Shown here piece by piece: positions 20,417 through 29,259 of a stretch of 32,000 nucleotides of DNA; positions within the stretch are counted from its first letter, which is position 1, and each line of letters starts with the position of its first letter. The translations under genes were made by a program, and so were the position numbers. The DNA is taken from NCBI RefSeq assembly GCF_000284455.1, contig NC_017039.1, positions 390,001-422,000 of the forward strand, in the 5' to 3' direction. Below the pieces are notes generated by a model, which saw nothing but the letters and a program-made list of their open reading frames with translations, ran no database searches and had not been told where the DNA came from. The stretch comes from Synechocystis sp. PCC 6803 substr. PCC-P. Lineage in GTDB: Bacteria; Cyanobacteriota; Cyanobacteriia; Cyanobacteriales; Microcystaceae.

Positions 20417-23400
20417 TTAGACTAAAACGGAGTCAGCCGTGGTTAGGACGGTAGTTGGGATACCAAAAATTTCAGCTTGGGCGATCGCCTGGGGAGAACC
20501 AGCTTCAAATACATTGGAGGAAATCCAGTTCCAATCAGCACTAGAGTTCCAAACACCGATTTGGTTGGTGTCGAGATTTTGCCACAGCACTTGATTAACC
20601 CCTTGTACAGTTTCCGCCGCTAGGGCTTGCCAGTTACCGAGGTTGTTGTCAAAAGCCTCCCCTAGGTATTTGATTGGTGTGGTTAAATCATCCCCAGATT
20701 GGACGTAGTAATTACCCAAGATGCCTTCCAGCAGACTGACGTTGCCCTGGTTTTCCACGGTCGTCAGGCGATCGCCAAGGAGGTCATCGTTGTTGATGTC
20801 AATCTGGAAGGTAACCTCTGCTTCCAGAGTATTGAAGGAATTGGTAGGCCAAGTTTGCGAAGAAATCCAGTTCCAGTTGGAGTCGGCATTCCAAACACCA
20901 ATCTGACCAAGGTTGGGATTTTGCCAAAGCACTTGATTGATGCCGTTGACCGTTTCTGCTTCCAAAATTTGCCAATTGCCAAAGGTGCCACTGGCAAAGG
21001 GTTGATTGTTAAATTTAAGCTGTACTTCATCGCCCCCAGGAAGTAGGACAAAGAAGAAGCCGTTTTCGGCCACTACTCCAATCTCATTGGCGATTGGGTC
21101 AACGGGCCCAGTGGAATCAATAACAGTATCCACACGGAAGGCTAGATTTTGGATTCGGACATCAAATTCCGGGGAAGTGTCTGCCTGATTAAATGCAGTC
21201 TCCAGGCTATTGAAGTTGGCTGCTAAATACTCCGCTAGGACATCTTGCTCGGAACCATCGGGGGCAAAGGTGGCCAGGCCGGTGCGGGGAGCATCCGCTG
21301 GCAGAACCAAATCCACCAAATCAACAGATTCACCACTGGGGAAAGGATAGCCATCACCACCATTGGCCAAAAATCCCAGGGTGACCATGCGGAAGGTGCG
21401 GCTAGGATCTCCGACCAATTCACCATTACGCACAACAACATCCAGGTCATTGCCGGCCTCATCTTCGATCGCCAGGGAAAGAACACGATCGCCAGGGGCA
21501 CGGTTGAGGTCAAAACTGAAGGCAAAGCCACTGACTTGGGGAAAACGACCCTGTTGGTTGGTGCCATCACTGGCCGCTACCCCGTGTTCCACCAGGGCTA
21601 ATAATTCAGCCGCAGTAACGGTGATCAAGCTCAAGCCATTGTTAAAGCTAAGGGCATTGGCAATGTCGGTTTCAGAAATACCGCCTGCGGGTTTAACAAT
21701 ATTGCCCTCTGCATCGGTAACAGCTTCGTTGGGAAGTCGCTCTGGTTCTCCGGTACCGCCGGTGGGGACTAGAATCCGACCGATATCATCCCGAATACCG
21801 CCCCCATTTTTCAGGGAGATAACCACAGAGGAATCGATGGTTTTGGCGATCGCCAGGTTGGCATCGGCGGTGAGGTTGCCTAAGTTGGTTTCCTGTTGGC
21901 GAATGGCCGGGCGTGAACCTTCAAGATAGACATTACTAACGCCAAAGACATTACTTTCCTTGGCAACAATGACTTCCCGCAGTTGGTCGACAATGGCTTG
22001 AATTTCTGGGTCGATCAATCCAGCGGCATTGAGATCCGCTACCCCTTGGTCGTCGGTGGCGTAGGCTCCACTGATATTGGGATCATAGCTCTCAGGAATA
22101 ATGATCCCGTTTTCATTGAAGTCAATGACTAAGCGACCAAGATATTTGTAGTTACCATCGGTGTTGACCACTGCTACAGGGTTACCGTCGGCATCGGTTT
22201 TGATAATAGGGTAAATACCTTGGGCACTGTCCCCAGCCCGGAGGCGATCGTTTTCATCCAACAGACGGGTGTTGGAACCACCGGCTACAATGATGTCAAC
22301 ATGCTTCAACCGAACAGCTAATTCCTGCTCAATGGCAATTTGTTGCATGTGGGCCAGAAGCACCACTTTATTCAGACCGGGATTAGCAGCGAGTAACCCA
22401 TCAACGTCCGCTTGAATTTCCGCCGCCAAAGCATCTAGCTGTTCAGGGGTTGGAACACCGTTAAAGGGTTGAGGATTAACCGTTACGCCACCGGGGCTAG
22501 AAATAGTAGTAATGGTGGGGGTAGTGGCCCCGACAATGCCAATTTTTTCGCCATTGACATCAATTACCGTAGTGGCGGCGATGCTGTTGGGCTGAGGGGC
22601 TTGATGGTCAGGCACCACTAAACCAGAAAGATTGCCATCGGTGGTGAAATCAAGGTTACTGCTCAGGTAAGGGAAGTTAGTACCGGGGAAGTTATCTTCA
22701 CCATTACCACCGATCAAATCCTGGATTAATGCCGTCCCCAAATCGAATTCATGGTTACCAAAGGCGATCGCCTGGAATCCTAATTCGTTTTGAATCAAAA
22801 TATCGGCCCGACCCACACCGCCAAACACATCTTCCGAAGCGGATAGGAACAAACCAGGAATGTAGGCATCGCCGGAGGAGAGAATCAAGGTGTTGGCAAA
22901 GCCCGCAGTACCGTCATTATCAATGTCTTGCTGGACAAGAGCATTGAGTACAGCGGAAAAACGGGGAATATCATCCAATGCGGGAACTCCGGCTTCTTGG
23001 TCAGCAGCATGGAATAACTGCAACCGGAAGGGCTGGGGAGTAGGTACGTTAACTTCAAAAACAGCAGTCGTGTTGCTAACCTCATTAGTCACCACCAGCA
23101 ATGGTTTGCCATTGGGACTATCGGCGGCATTAATGAAAATCAATCCTTCTGGGCCGGAATCGGTCAGATTGGACTCAGGATCAACAGTAAAGTCCCGGGG
23201 GTTAATATATTGAACAAACTCAGGGGATTGGGGGGTGGTCACGTCATAAACCATCACACCGCCAATGCGCTCTAGCCCCACAAAGGCGTAGGTACGGCCA
23301 TCAATGGTGCCCACTGTTACCCCTTCCGGTTCGGGGCCTTTATTATCACTACGATTGTCTAGGTCATTATTGTCGTTACTGGCATTGAAAAAGTCGGGGA

Positions 23401-24646
23401 TGGCTTCGGCAATAATGCGCTCAAAATCTTCGCCACTGTCGTAAACCAAATTGCCGCTGCTGTTCCAAATGGAAAAGGAACGAGAACCATAGACATAAAG
23501 TTCATCAAAATCCCCGTCCCCATCGGTGTCCCCTAACTTGGTGGTTACCGTCAGACGGCCAATGGCGGGATCGGCCTGCAACTCAGCGGCATTGGGAAAG
23601 GCGATGGGATCTAGAACTAAATCTTTAATCCGGGCCTCTTCAATAAAAATATCTCCTTCGCCATCAAAGGGAGGGGGTAAAAGGTCATCATCAGAGGGAC
23701 GATTGCGGGCATCCCCTTCGTTGGCAGTGATGTAATAGGTCTGGTCACCAACGGCGAAAGAAGCAATGCTATCGGGCATGTACATCCCGAATATGGGCCA
23801 GTTTTGAATATTGATCCCACCATCACGATCACTGGCATCCAATCCATTACCGGGCAAGCTATGGTCTTTAAAACCGAGGGGCAAAATCGCTTCCACGGTG
23901 GTGGTGGCAATATCAATTAGAGCGACAGAGTTATTCTCCTGTAAAGTTACCCAGGCTTTGGTTCCATCACCGCTGAAGGCAATATATTCGGGCTCTAAAT
24001 CCTCCGCTACGGTACTTTCTCGGACAACGTTACCGTCAGCATCAAAAATTTGCCCCAAAAATCTGACGCCGGCGGATTGTAATTCGGCTTTTTGAGCATT
24101 AAAACCGTCAAAAGTGGCATTCTGGGCAACTAAATTAGTAAATCCCCCGGTAATATCAACAATACTTACTGAACCAACGGGGTCAACTGTGTAGCTTTCG
24201 TTAGGTTCCCCTTCGTTGGCAGTCAAAATTTTGGTTCCATCAGGGCTGAAGGTAACCATGTCCGGCAGAAAGCCCACTGAGACTTTGCCCAAAAAAGCCC
24301 CTGTGGTTGCATCAAAAAACTGCACTTGACCAGCTTCTTGGTTATTCAAATCATCTCGAATTGCCAGAGATACAGCCACAATTCCCGCACTGGGAGTGCC
24401 GGCCTTACCCACTGCCACACTGTTGGGCACAGGACTGAAACCAGGGGGAATGCCATCGAAATTTAGGGCTAAATCTTCAATCTTGACGGGGTTAGTGGGG
24501 TCGGCTAAATCTAGAATTTCAATCACGTCACCGGCGACCACAAATAGGCGCTTAGTACCGGGGTCGAAGGCGGGAATTTCTGCCCCGTTGCTACTGGCAA
24601 AGCCGCCAATTTTGCTAATCAAACTAACGCCGCTGTTAATGGTCAT
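20417..24646 (-). CDS. Secreted choice-of-anchor I / 5'-nucleotidase-like metallophosphatase (PhoA-type large atypical alkaline phosphatase candidate) with Trp-rich C-terminal module
   Basis: 1409 aa. N-terminal beta-propeller-like region, then FRLQLFHAADQEAGV, LILSSGDAYIPG, AIAFGNHEFDLG and the 5'-nucleotidase C-terminal domain (NLTADANLAIAK, LKNGGGIRDDIG, NALSFNNGLSLITVTAAELLALVEHG). No obvious N-terminal signal peptide. Confidence 0.88.
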   Translation of the reverse strand: MTINSGVSLISKIGGFASSNGAEIPAFDPGTKRLFVVAGDVIEILDLADPTNPVKIEDLALNFDGIPPGFSPVPNSVAVGKAGTPSAGIVAVSLAIRDDLNNQEAGQVQFFDATTGAFLGKVSVGFLPDMVTFSPDGTKILTANEGEPNESYTVDPVGSVSIVDITGGFTNLVAQNATFDGFNAQKAELQSAGVRFLGQIFDADGNVVRESTVAEDLEPEYIAFSGDGTKAWVTLQENNSVALIDIATTTVEAILPLGFKDHSLPGNGLDASDRDGGINIQNWPIFGMYMPDSIASFAVGDQTYYITANEGDARNRPSDDDLLPPPFDGEGDIFIEEARIKDLVLDPIAFPNAAELQADPAIGRLTVTTKLGDTDGDGDFDELYVYGSRSFSIWNSSGNLVYDSGEDFERIIAEAIPDFFNASNDNNDLDNRSDNKGPEPEGVTVGTIDGRTYAFVGLERIGGVMVYDVTTPQSPEFVQYINPRDFTVDPESNLTDSGPEGLIFINAADSPNGKPLLVVTNEVSNTTAVFEVNVPTPQPFRLQLFHAADQEAGVPALDDIPRFSAVLNALVQQDIDNDGTAGFANTLILSSGDAYIPGLFLSASEDVFGGVGRADILIQNELGFQAIAFGNHEFDLGTALIQDLIGGNGEDNFPGTNFPYLSSNLDFTTDGNLSGLVVPDHQAPQPNSIAATTVIDVNGEKIGIVGATTPTITTISSPGGVTVNPQPFNGVPTPEQLDALAAEIQADVDGLLAANPGLNKVVLLAHMQQIAIEQELAVRLKHVDIIVAGGSNTRLLDENDRLRAGDSAQGIYPIIKTDADGNPVAVVNTDGNYKYLGRLVIDFNENGIIIPESYDPNISGAYATDDQGVADLNAAGLIDPEIQAIVDQLREVIVAKESNVFGVSNVYLEGSRPAIRQQETNLGNLTADANLAIAKTIDSSVVISLKNGGGIRDDIGRILVPTGGTGEPERLPNEAVTDAEGNIVKPAGGISETDIANALSFNNGLSLITVTAAELLALVEHGVAASDGTNQQGRFPQVSGFAFSFDLNRAPGDRVLSLAIEDEAGNDLDVVVRNGELVGDPSRTFRMVTLGFLANGGDGYPFPSGESVDLVDLVLPADAPRTGLATFAPDGSEQDVLAEYLAANFNSLETAFNQADTSPEFDVRIQNLAFRVDTVIDSTGPVDPIANEIGVVAENGFFFVLLPGGDEVQLKFNNQPFASGTFGNWQILEAETVNGINQVLWQNPNLGQIGVWNADSNWNWISSQTWPTNSFNTLEAEVTFQIDINNDDLLGDRLTTVENQGNVSLLEGILGNYYVQSGDDLTTPIKYLGEAFDNNLGNWQALAAETVQGVNQVLWQNLDTNQIGVWNSSADWNWISSNVFEAGSPQAIAQAEIFGIPTTVLTTADSVLV
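20462..21106. repeat. Near-identical direct repeat copy B (Trp-rich C-terminal module coding region)
   Basis: Same order and spacing as 14671..15315 with no indels seen by eye. Confidence 0.95.
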
Positions 24647-24780
24647 AATTGCTTTAGAAATTTCTCAATCAGGAAAAAGTGGGGCAAAACCTTCAATCGG
24701 TGCTGGCGATCGCCAACGGACAGCAAAATTCCCCATCGGTGAAGGACGATCACTTGGCCCCGCTCCAGTTTTTCATAGAG

Positions 24781-24821
24781 AAATTAAGAAAAACTTATGG
24801 TTAGACTATGAAAAGGTTAAG
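24781..24821 (-). promoter_or_regulatory. Candidate Pho box array (SphR/PhoB-type) upstream of the phosphatase-like gene
   Basis: The minus strand reads CTTAACCT-TTT-CATAGTCT-AAC-CATAAGTT-TTT-CTTAATTT: four 8-mers at exact 11-bp spacing. The outer two match the cyanobacterial PyTTAAPyPy(T/A) consensus; the inner two are degenerate. Confidence 0.65.
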
Positions 24822-24972
24822 CAAATTTGCTAACTCTAGGGAAAGTTGAAGTAAAACCGCCATTGTCAACGGGGAACGAAAAAGCTAAGCTCAAGGGCGG
24901 CACTTTACTGTGCAAATTCTGCGAAAAATCCTCGGCGGGATCGACAATTTTTGAAAAATTCCTAGATTATCT

Positions 24973-25506
24973 ATGCAACAACGTGGCGTAACAATTTGGT
25001 TAACGGGACTGAGTGGAGCGGGGAAAACCACTATTACCCACGCATTGGAAAAGAAATTACGGGACAGCGGTTACCGTCTGGAAGTGCTAGACGGTGATGT
25101 AGTGCGTACCAACTTGACCAAAGGACTCGGTTTTAGCAAGGAAGACCGGGACACCAATATTCGCCGTATTGGTTTTGTGTCCCATTTGCTCACCCGCAAC
25201 GGTGTGATCGTCTTGGTTTCCGCCATTTCTCCCTACGCAGCCATCCGTCAGGAAGTGAAACACACCATTGGGGATTTTCTCGAAGTGTTTGTCAATGCGC
25301 CCTTGGCTGTTTGCGAGGAGCGGGATGTGAAGGGTTTATATGCCAAAGCCCGCAGTGGAGAAATTAAAGGTTTCACTGGCATTGATGACCCCTATGAGCC
25401 CCCCACCAATCCCGATGTGGAATGCCGCACCGACCTAGAGGAACTGGATGAAAGCGTGGGCAAAATCTGGCAGAAGCTAGTAGATCTAAAATATATCGAG
25501 GGCTAA
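24973..25506 (+). CDS. cysC: Adenylylsulfate (APS) kinase
   Basis: 177 aa; P-loop GLSGAGKTTI, LDGDVVRTNLTKGLGFSKEDRDTNIRRIGFV, GLYAKARSGEIKGFTGIDDPYEPP. Confidence 0.96.
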   Translation: MQQRGVTIWLTGLSGAGKTTITHALEKKLRDSGYRLEVLDGDVVRTNLTKGLGFSKEDRDTNIRRIGFVSHLLTRNGVIVLVSAISPYAAIRQEVKHTIGDFLEVFVNAPLAVCEERDVKGLYAKARSGEIKGFTGIDDPYEPPTNPDVECRTDLEELDESVGKIWQKLVDLKYIEG

Positions 25507-25663
25507 GGCGAACTTAACACCGGTCAATCTCTCTAGGTGGGAGAATGCTTGCGTTAGGATTGTCTGTGGTTAAGCCCGATCGCCAAGGGATTAGTCCCTT
25601 ATTTCCCCGTAAAGTTGAATACTTTTCTAGTCGCACATATTGCAATGGAGGCAATGAATAGCA

Positions 25664-26347
25664 GTGAATCCCATTGAGTTGATGCAAAAGGGCGGCGTGG
25701 CCATGTGGCCCCTGCTTCTCCTATCGATTTTGTCCGTCAGCACCATCATCGAGAGGTTGTGGTTTTGGGGCCAAGTCATTCTCAAAAGCTCCCAAACGGC
25801 TTCCCGTATTTTAGACACGGCGGCCCGGGATTGGGATACGGCCATTCGAGTCGCCCAGGACAGTCGTCGTTTTCCCATTGCTAAATATCTGTTGGCTCCA
25901 TTGCGTTTGCCCCACCCAGACCCAGAGGTTTTTCACCTGGCGTTGGAGTCGGCGGCGGACGATCAATTGGCTCTCATGCGGCGGGGAGACAAAATTCTGG
26001 AAGCCATTATTGCCCTGTCCCCCCTATTGGGACTGTTGGGTACCGTGTTGGGTTTGATCCAATCCCTTAGTTCCATCCAAATTAGCGATTTGGGTACAGC
26101 TTCCACCGCTGGAGTCACCCTTGGTATTGGGGAAGCACTGATTTCCACAGCGGCCGGTTTGATCATAGCCATTGTTAGTTTGGCCTTTTACCGTGTGTTT
26201 CAGGGGCTATGGTTCAACCAAATGCGAGTCTTCCGTAAAGTAGGCAGTGAACTAGAGGTGCTCTATCGCCAACGCTGGTTTGAAGAGGAAATGGCCTACG
26301 ATGACGGCCTAACCCCCAGCCCGGAAGCGGAAAGTTTGCCCCAATAG
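25664..26347 (+). CDS. exbB: ExbB/TolQ-family proton channel (GTG start)
   Basis: 227 aa; [26 protein letters not shown] and [41 protein letters not shown]. Confidence 0.9.
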
Positions 26348-26457
26348 TTTTGCTGGAATCAACTTTTCCAGGCTTGTTAGGATTGGGGAGGTTGATTGAG
26401 CCTATTTTTAGGCATCTTCCCCAGGATTGAGTCCGGTTTTTTCTCCTTCCCATCACC

Positions 26458-27267
26458 ATGGCATCTTCCCCTAAAGCCCCCAAGTCCCACCGTAAATTCC
26501 AGTCCATTTACCATCCCACCCGTCCCCTGTCCCTCTGGCAGGATAACCAACATGACCAGGGGGAAGTGCGCATTGAGATTATTCCCCTGATTGACGTTGT
26601 TTTCTGTATTCTGACCTTTTTTATCCTGGGGGCGGTGGGGCTATCCCGACAACAAGCCATTAGTTTAGATTTACCCCGAGCTAGCACTGGGGCTCCCCAA
26701 ATGCGGGAAATGTTTATGGTGAGCCTGGACGATCTGGGGCAACTTTATGTGGAAAAACAGCCGGTAAGCCAGGAGCAGATGGTTAGTGCCCTGCAAAATT
26801 ATCACCAATACAATCCCAGCGGTTTGATTGTGCTCCATGCTTCCCGCAATGCCAGTTATAACGATGTGGTGCAATTACTGGATACTCTGCGAACCGTGGG
26901 CGGCGATCGGGTGGCTTTAGCGACTTTACCCGGCGATGGCCAAACTCCCTCGGGCATGAACCCCAATAGCTTTAATAATCCTAATTTGGGATTACCGGGC
27001 ATGACTCCGGGCAACGCATTCCCCAATGGTGCCAATCCGGGAATGTCCAATTTTAATAACTCGAATCCTGGGGGTTCCGGTGCGGGCGTCCCTAATTTTA
27101 GTAACACTCCCTTACCAGGTATGCCCGATGCCAATGGCAATGTGTCTCCCAATCCTGGTATGAATCCTGGTTTTCCCGGTGGAGGCGCCATGAGCCCTGA
27201 CCCCAACTCCCAATCGCCCAATTTACCTGGGATGGGTAACACCGTGCCCAGTGCCCCCCAACAGTAA
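26458..27267 (+). CDS. exbD: ExbD/TolR-family protein with an unusual Gly/Asn/Pro-rich C-terminal tail
   Basis: 269 aa; EIIPLIDVVFCILTFFILGAVGLSRQQAISLDLPRAS..LIVLHASRNASYNDVVQLLDTLRTVGGDRVALATLP, then a ~110-aa low-complexity tail. Confidence 0.88.
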   Translation: MASSPKAPKSHRKFQSIYHPTRPLSLWQDNQHDQGEVRIEIIPLIDVVFCILTFFILGAVGLSRQQAISLDLPRASTGAPQMREMFMVSLDDLGQLYVEKQPVSQEQMVSALQNYHQYNPSGLIVLHASRNASYNDVVQLLDTLRTVGGDRVALATLPGDGQTPSGMNPNSFNNPNLGLPGMTPGNAFPNGANPGMSNFNNSNPGGSGAGVPNFSNTPLPGMPDANGNVSPNPGMNPGFPGGGAMSPDPNSQSPNLPGMGNTVPSAPQQ

Positions 27268-27302
27268 TTGATTGATAGTAATTGGCTGAAACTGCATTGC
27301 CT

Positions 27303-28643
27303 ATGATTTCGGCTCGACAATTGGCCTTTTTGATTCTGCGAGACATCAATCGCCGGGATAGTTACACTGATGTGGCCATTGACCGGGCTTTGCAAAAACA
27401 TCCATTGTCTCCCCCCGATCGCCGTTTTTGTACGGAATTGGTGTACGGAGTGGTACGCAGACAAAGAACCCTAGACTGTTTAATTGAACAACTTGGCGAT
27501 CGCCCCATTGGTAAGCAACCTCCGGATTTAAGACGGATTGTGCAACTGGGACTATATCAACTGCGTTACCTAGACCAGGTACCGGCTTCAGCGGCGGTCA
27601 ATACCGGTGTGGATTTGGCCAAGGCCAATGGCTTAAAGGGATTAAGTAAAGTTGTCAACGGTATGTTGCGTCGCTACCAACGGGCGGAGGAACAGGGAAA
27701 GAACATTTTAGACCAGGAAAAAATCAGTTTGGGGGAGCAATATAGTTTTCCCGATTGGTTAATGGAGTTATTCGAGCAAACCTGGGGCAAGGCAGAAACG
27801 GAATCTCTCTGTGCCTATTTCAATCAAAATCCTTCCCTAGATCTACGCATTAACCCGTTAAAAACTAGCAGAGTAGAAGTGGCCCAAAGCCTAGCGGAAC
27901 TTAATCTAACCACCACGGCAATGGCAGGTTTGCCCCAGGGTTTAAGATTGGGCGGAAAAACCGGGGCCATCACCCAACTGCCAGGGTTTGCGGAGGGTTG
28001 GTGGACAGTGCAGGATGCCAGTGCCCAATGGGTGGCCCAAATCCTTAATCCCCAACCGGAGGAAACTATTTTTGATGTTTGTGCGGCCCCCGGCGGCAAA
28101 ACCACCCACATAGCCGAGTTGATGGGAGATCAAGGACAAATTTATGCTGGCGATCGCCATGGTTGGCGGTTACAAAAATTGGCCGTTACCCAACAAAGAT
28201 TGGGACTAACCAGCATTAAAATTTGGGAAGGAGATTTAACTCAACCGGGAGTCAAACCTCCTGTGGAATTGGTGGATCGAGCTTTGCTGGATGTGCCCTG
28301 TTCTGGCCTAGGAACTCTCCATCGCAATCCGGACCTGCGGTGGCGACAAACTCCCGCTACCATTGCCACCCTTCTGCCCCTCCAGCAGGCTCTATTAAAG
28401 GCGATCGCCCCTCTAGTGAAATCCGGTGGCACCCTGGTTTACTCCACCTGCACCTTGAATCCGGCGGAAAATGAAGCTCAGATTGAACGGTTTTTGCAAG
28501 ATCATGAAGATTGGCGATCGGAGCCTTTTGAGTGGACTAGTCCCCAAGGTCAAACTAACTCGGTAACATCAGGGATGCTGACTATCTTGCCCCATCACCA
28601 CCACCAAGATGGTTTTTTCATTGCAAATTTGAAGAAAGCTTAA
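27303..28643 (+). CDS. rsmB: 16S rRNA (cytosine-C5)-methyltransferase RsmB/Sun
   Basis: MISARQLAFLILRDINRRDSYTDVAIDRAL (ATG 27303; the ORF track starts at a TTG at 27282), LDRALLDVPCSGLGTLHRNPDLRW, YSTCTLNPAENE. Confidence 0.93.
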   Translation: MISARQLAFLILRDINRRDSYTDVAIDRALQKHPLSPPDRRFCTELVYGVVRRQRTLDCLIEQLGDRPIGKQPPDLRRIVQLGLYQLRYLDQVPASAAVNTGVDLAKANGLKGLSKVVNGMLRRYQRAEEQGKNILDQEKISLGEQYSFPDWLMELFEQTWGKAETESLCAYFNQNPSLDLRINPLKTSRVEVAQSLAELNLTTTAMAGLPQGLRLGGKTGAITQLPGFAEGWWTVQDASAQWVAQILNPQPEETIFDVCAAPGGKTTHIAELMGDQGQIYAGDRHGWRLQKLAVTQQRLGLTSIKIWEGDLTQPGVKPPVELVDRALLDVPCSGLGTLHRNPDLRWRQTPATIATLLPLQQALLKAIAPLVKSGGTLVYSTCTLNPAENEAQIERFLQDHEDWRSEPFEWTSPQGQTNSVTSGMLTILPHHHHQDGFFIANLKKA

Positions 28644-28805
28644 CAATCCTAACGGCGATCGACTCTTCCCCCCCACAATAGAAACAGTGAATCAAAATTC
28701 TGGCCAGGGGATCAACGCCTCAAAAGTAATATATGGGACTTATTTCTTGGTCGGGAACTTTAGCTGAGTTAACTGTACCATTCCATCCCTGGGGGGTAAT
28801 GCGCC

Positions 28806-29228
28806 ATGACAAAAACTGCTAAAACTAAACAACTACTCAAAATTCTGATTGGGGCCGCCTGGCTAGATGGGGTAATCGAAGTCGAAGAAAGGCAATATCT
28901 ACGCCGCTTAGCGGCAGGATATGAACTAGAAAATGATCTGGAATTACAGACCCTTTTGTCAGAACTAAAATCCGTAGAAGCACCCCAATGTTATGCCTGG
29001 GTAAATGAGTATTTAGGAGATTATCCCAGTGAGCAGGAATATTCCGAATTGCTAGAAGCATTAAGTGGTCTGCTCTATAGTGACGGCGATATTCAAACCC
29101 AAGAAGCCCAGTTGCTTGCCTCCCTGCAGGAATCAGATCCTGGCCATGGCCACCCCAAATCGTCCCTTGATAAATTTCTCGGTAAGGTCCAGCGGCTTTA
29201 CCTTCGGGCCGTACAAAAGGCAGGTTAG
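28806..29228 (+). CDS. TerB-like (tellurite-resistance/co-chaperone-like) small protein
   Basis: 140 aa; two acidic helical repeats LIGAAWLDGVIEVEERQYLRRLA and LSGLLYSDGDIQTQEAQLLASL typical of TerB-like folds. Confidence 0.6.
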   Translation: MTKTAKTKQLLKILIGAAWLDGVIEVEERQYLRRLAAGYELENDLELQTLLSELKSVEAPQCYAWVNEYLGDYPSEQEYSELLEALSGLLYSDGDIQTQEAQLLASLQESDPGHGHPKSSLDKFLGKVQRLYLRAVQKAG

Positions 29229-29259
29229 GTTTTTTCACTTGGGCTTATTGAGAGCAAAC

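Noticed and set aside
14908-21188. Duplicated plus/minus ORFs within the repeats (14908..15255 and 20699..21046; 14930..15115 and 20721..20906; 14973..15272 and 20764..21051)
   Set aside because: They appear twice only because the underlying ~645 bp coding repeat is duplicated. Both lie in alternative frames of the strongly supported Trp-rich module.
27824-28474. Overlapping ORFs inside rsmB
   Set aside because: Shadow ORFs over a well-conserved methyltransferase.
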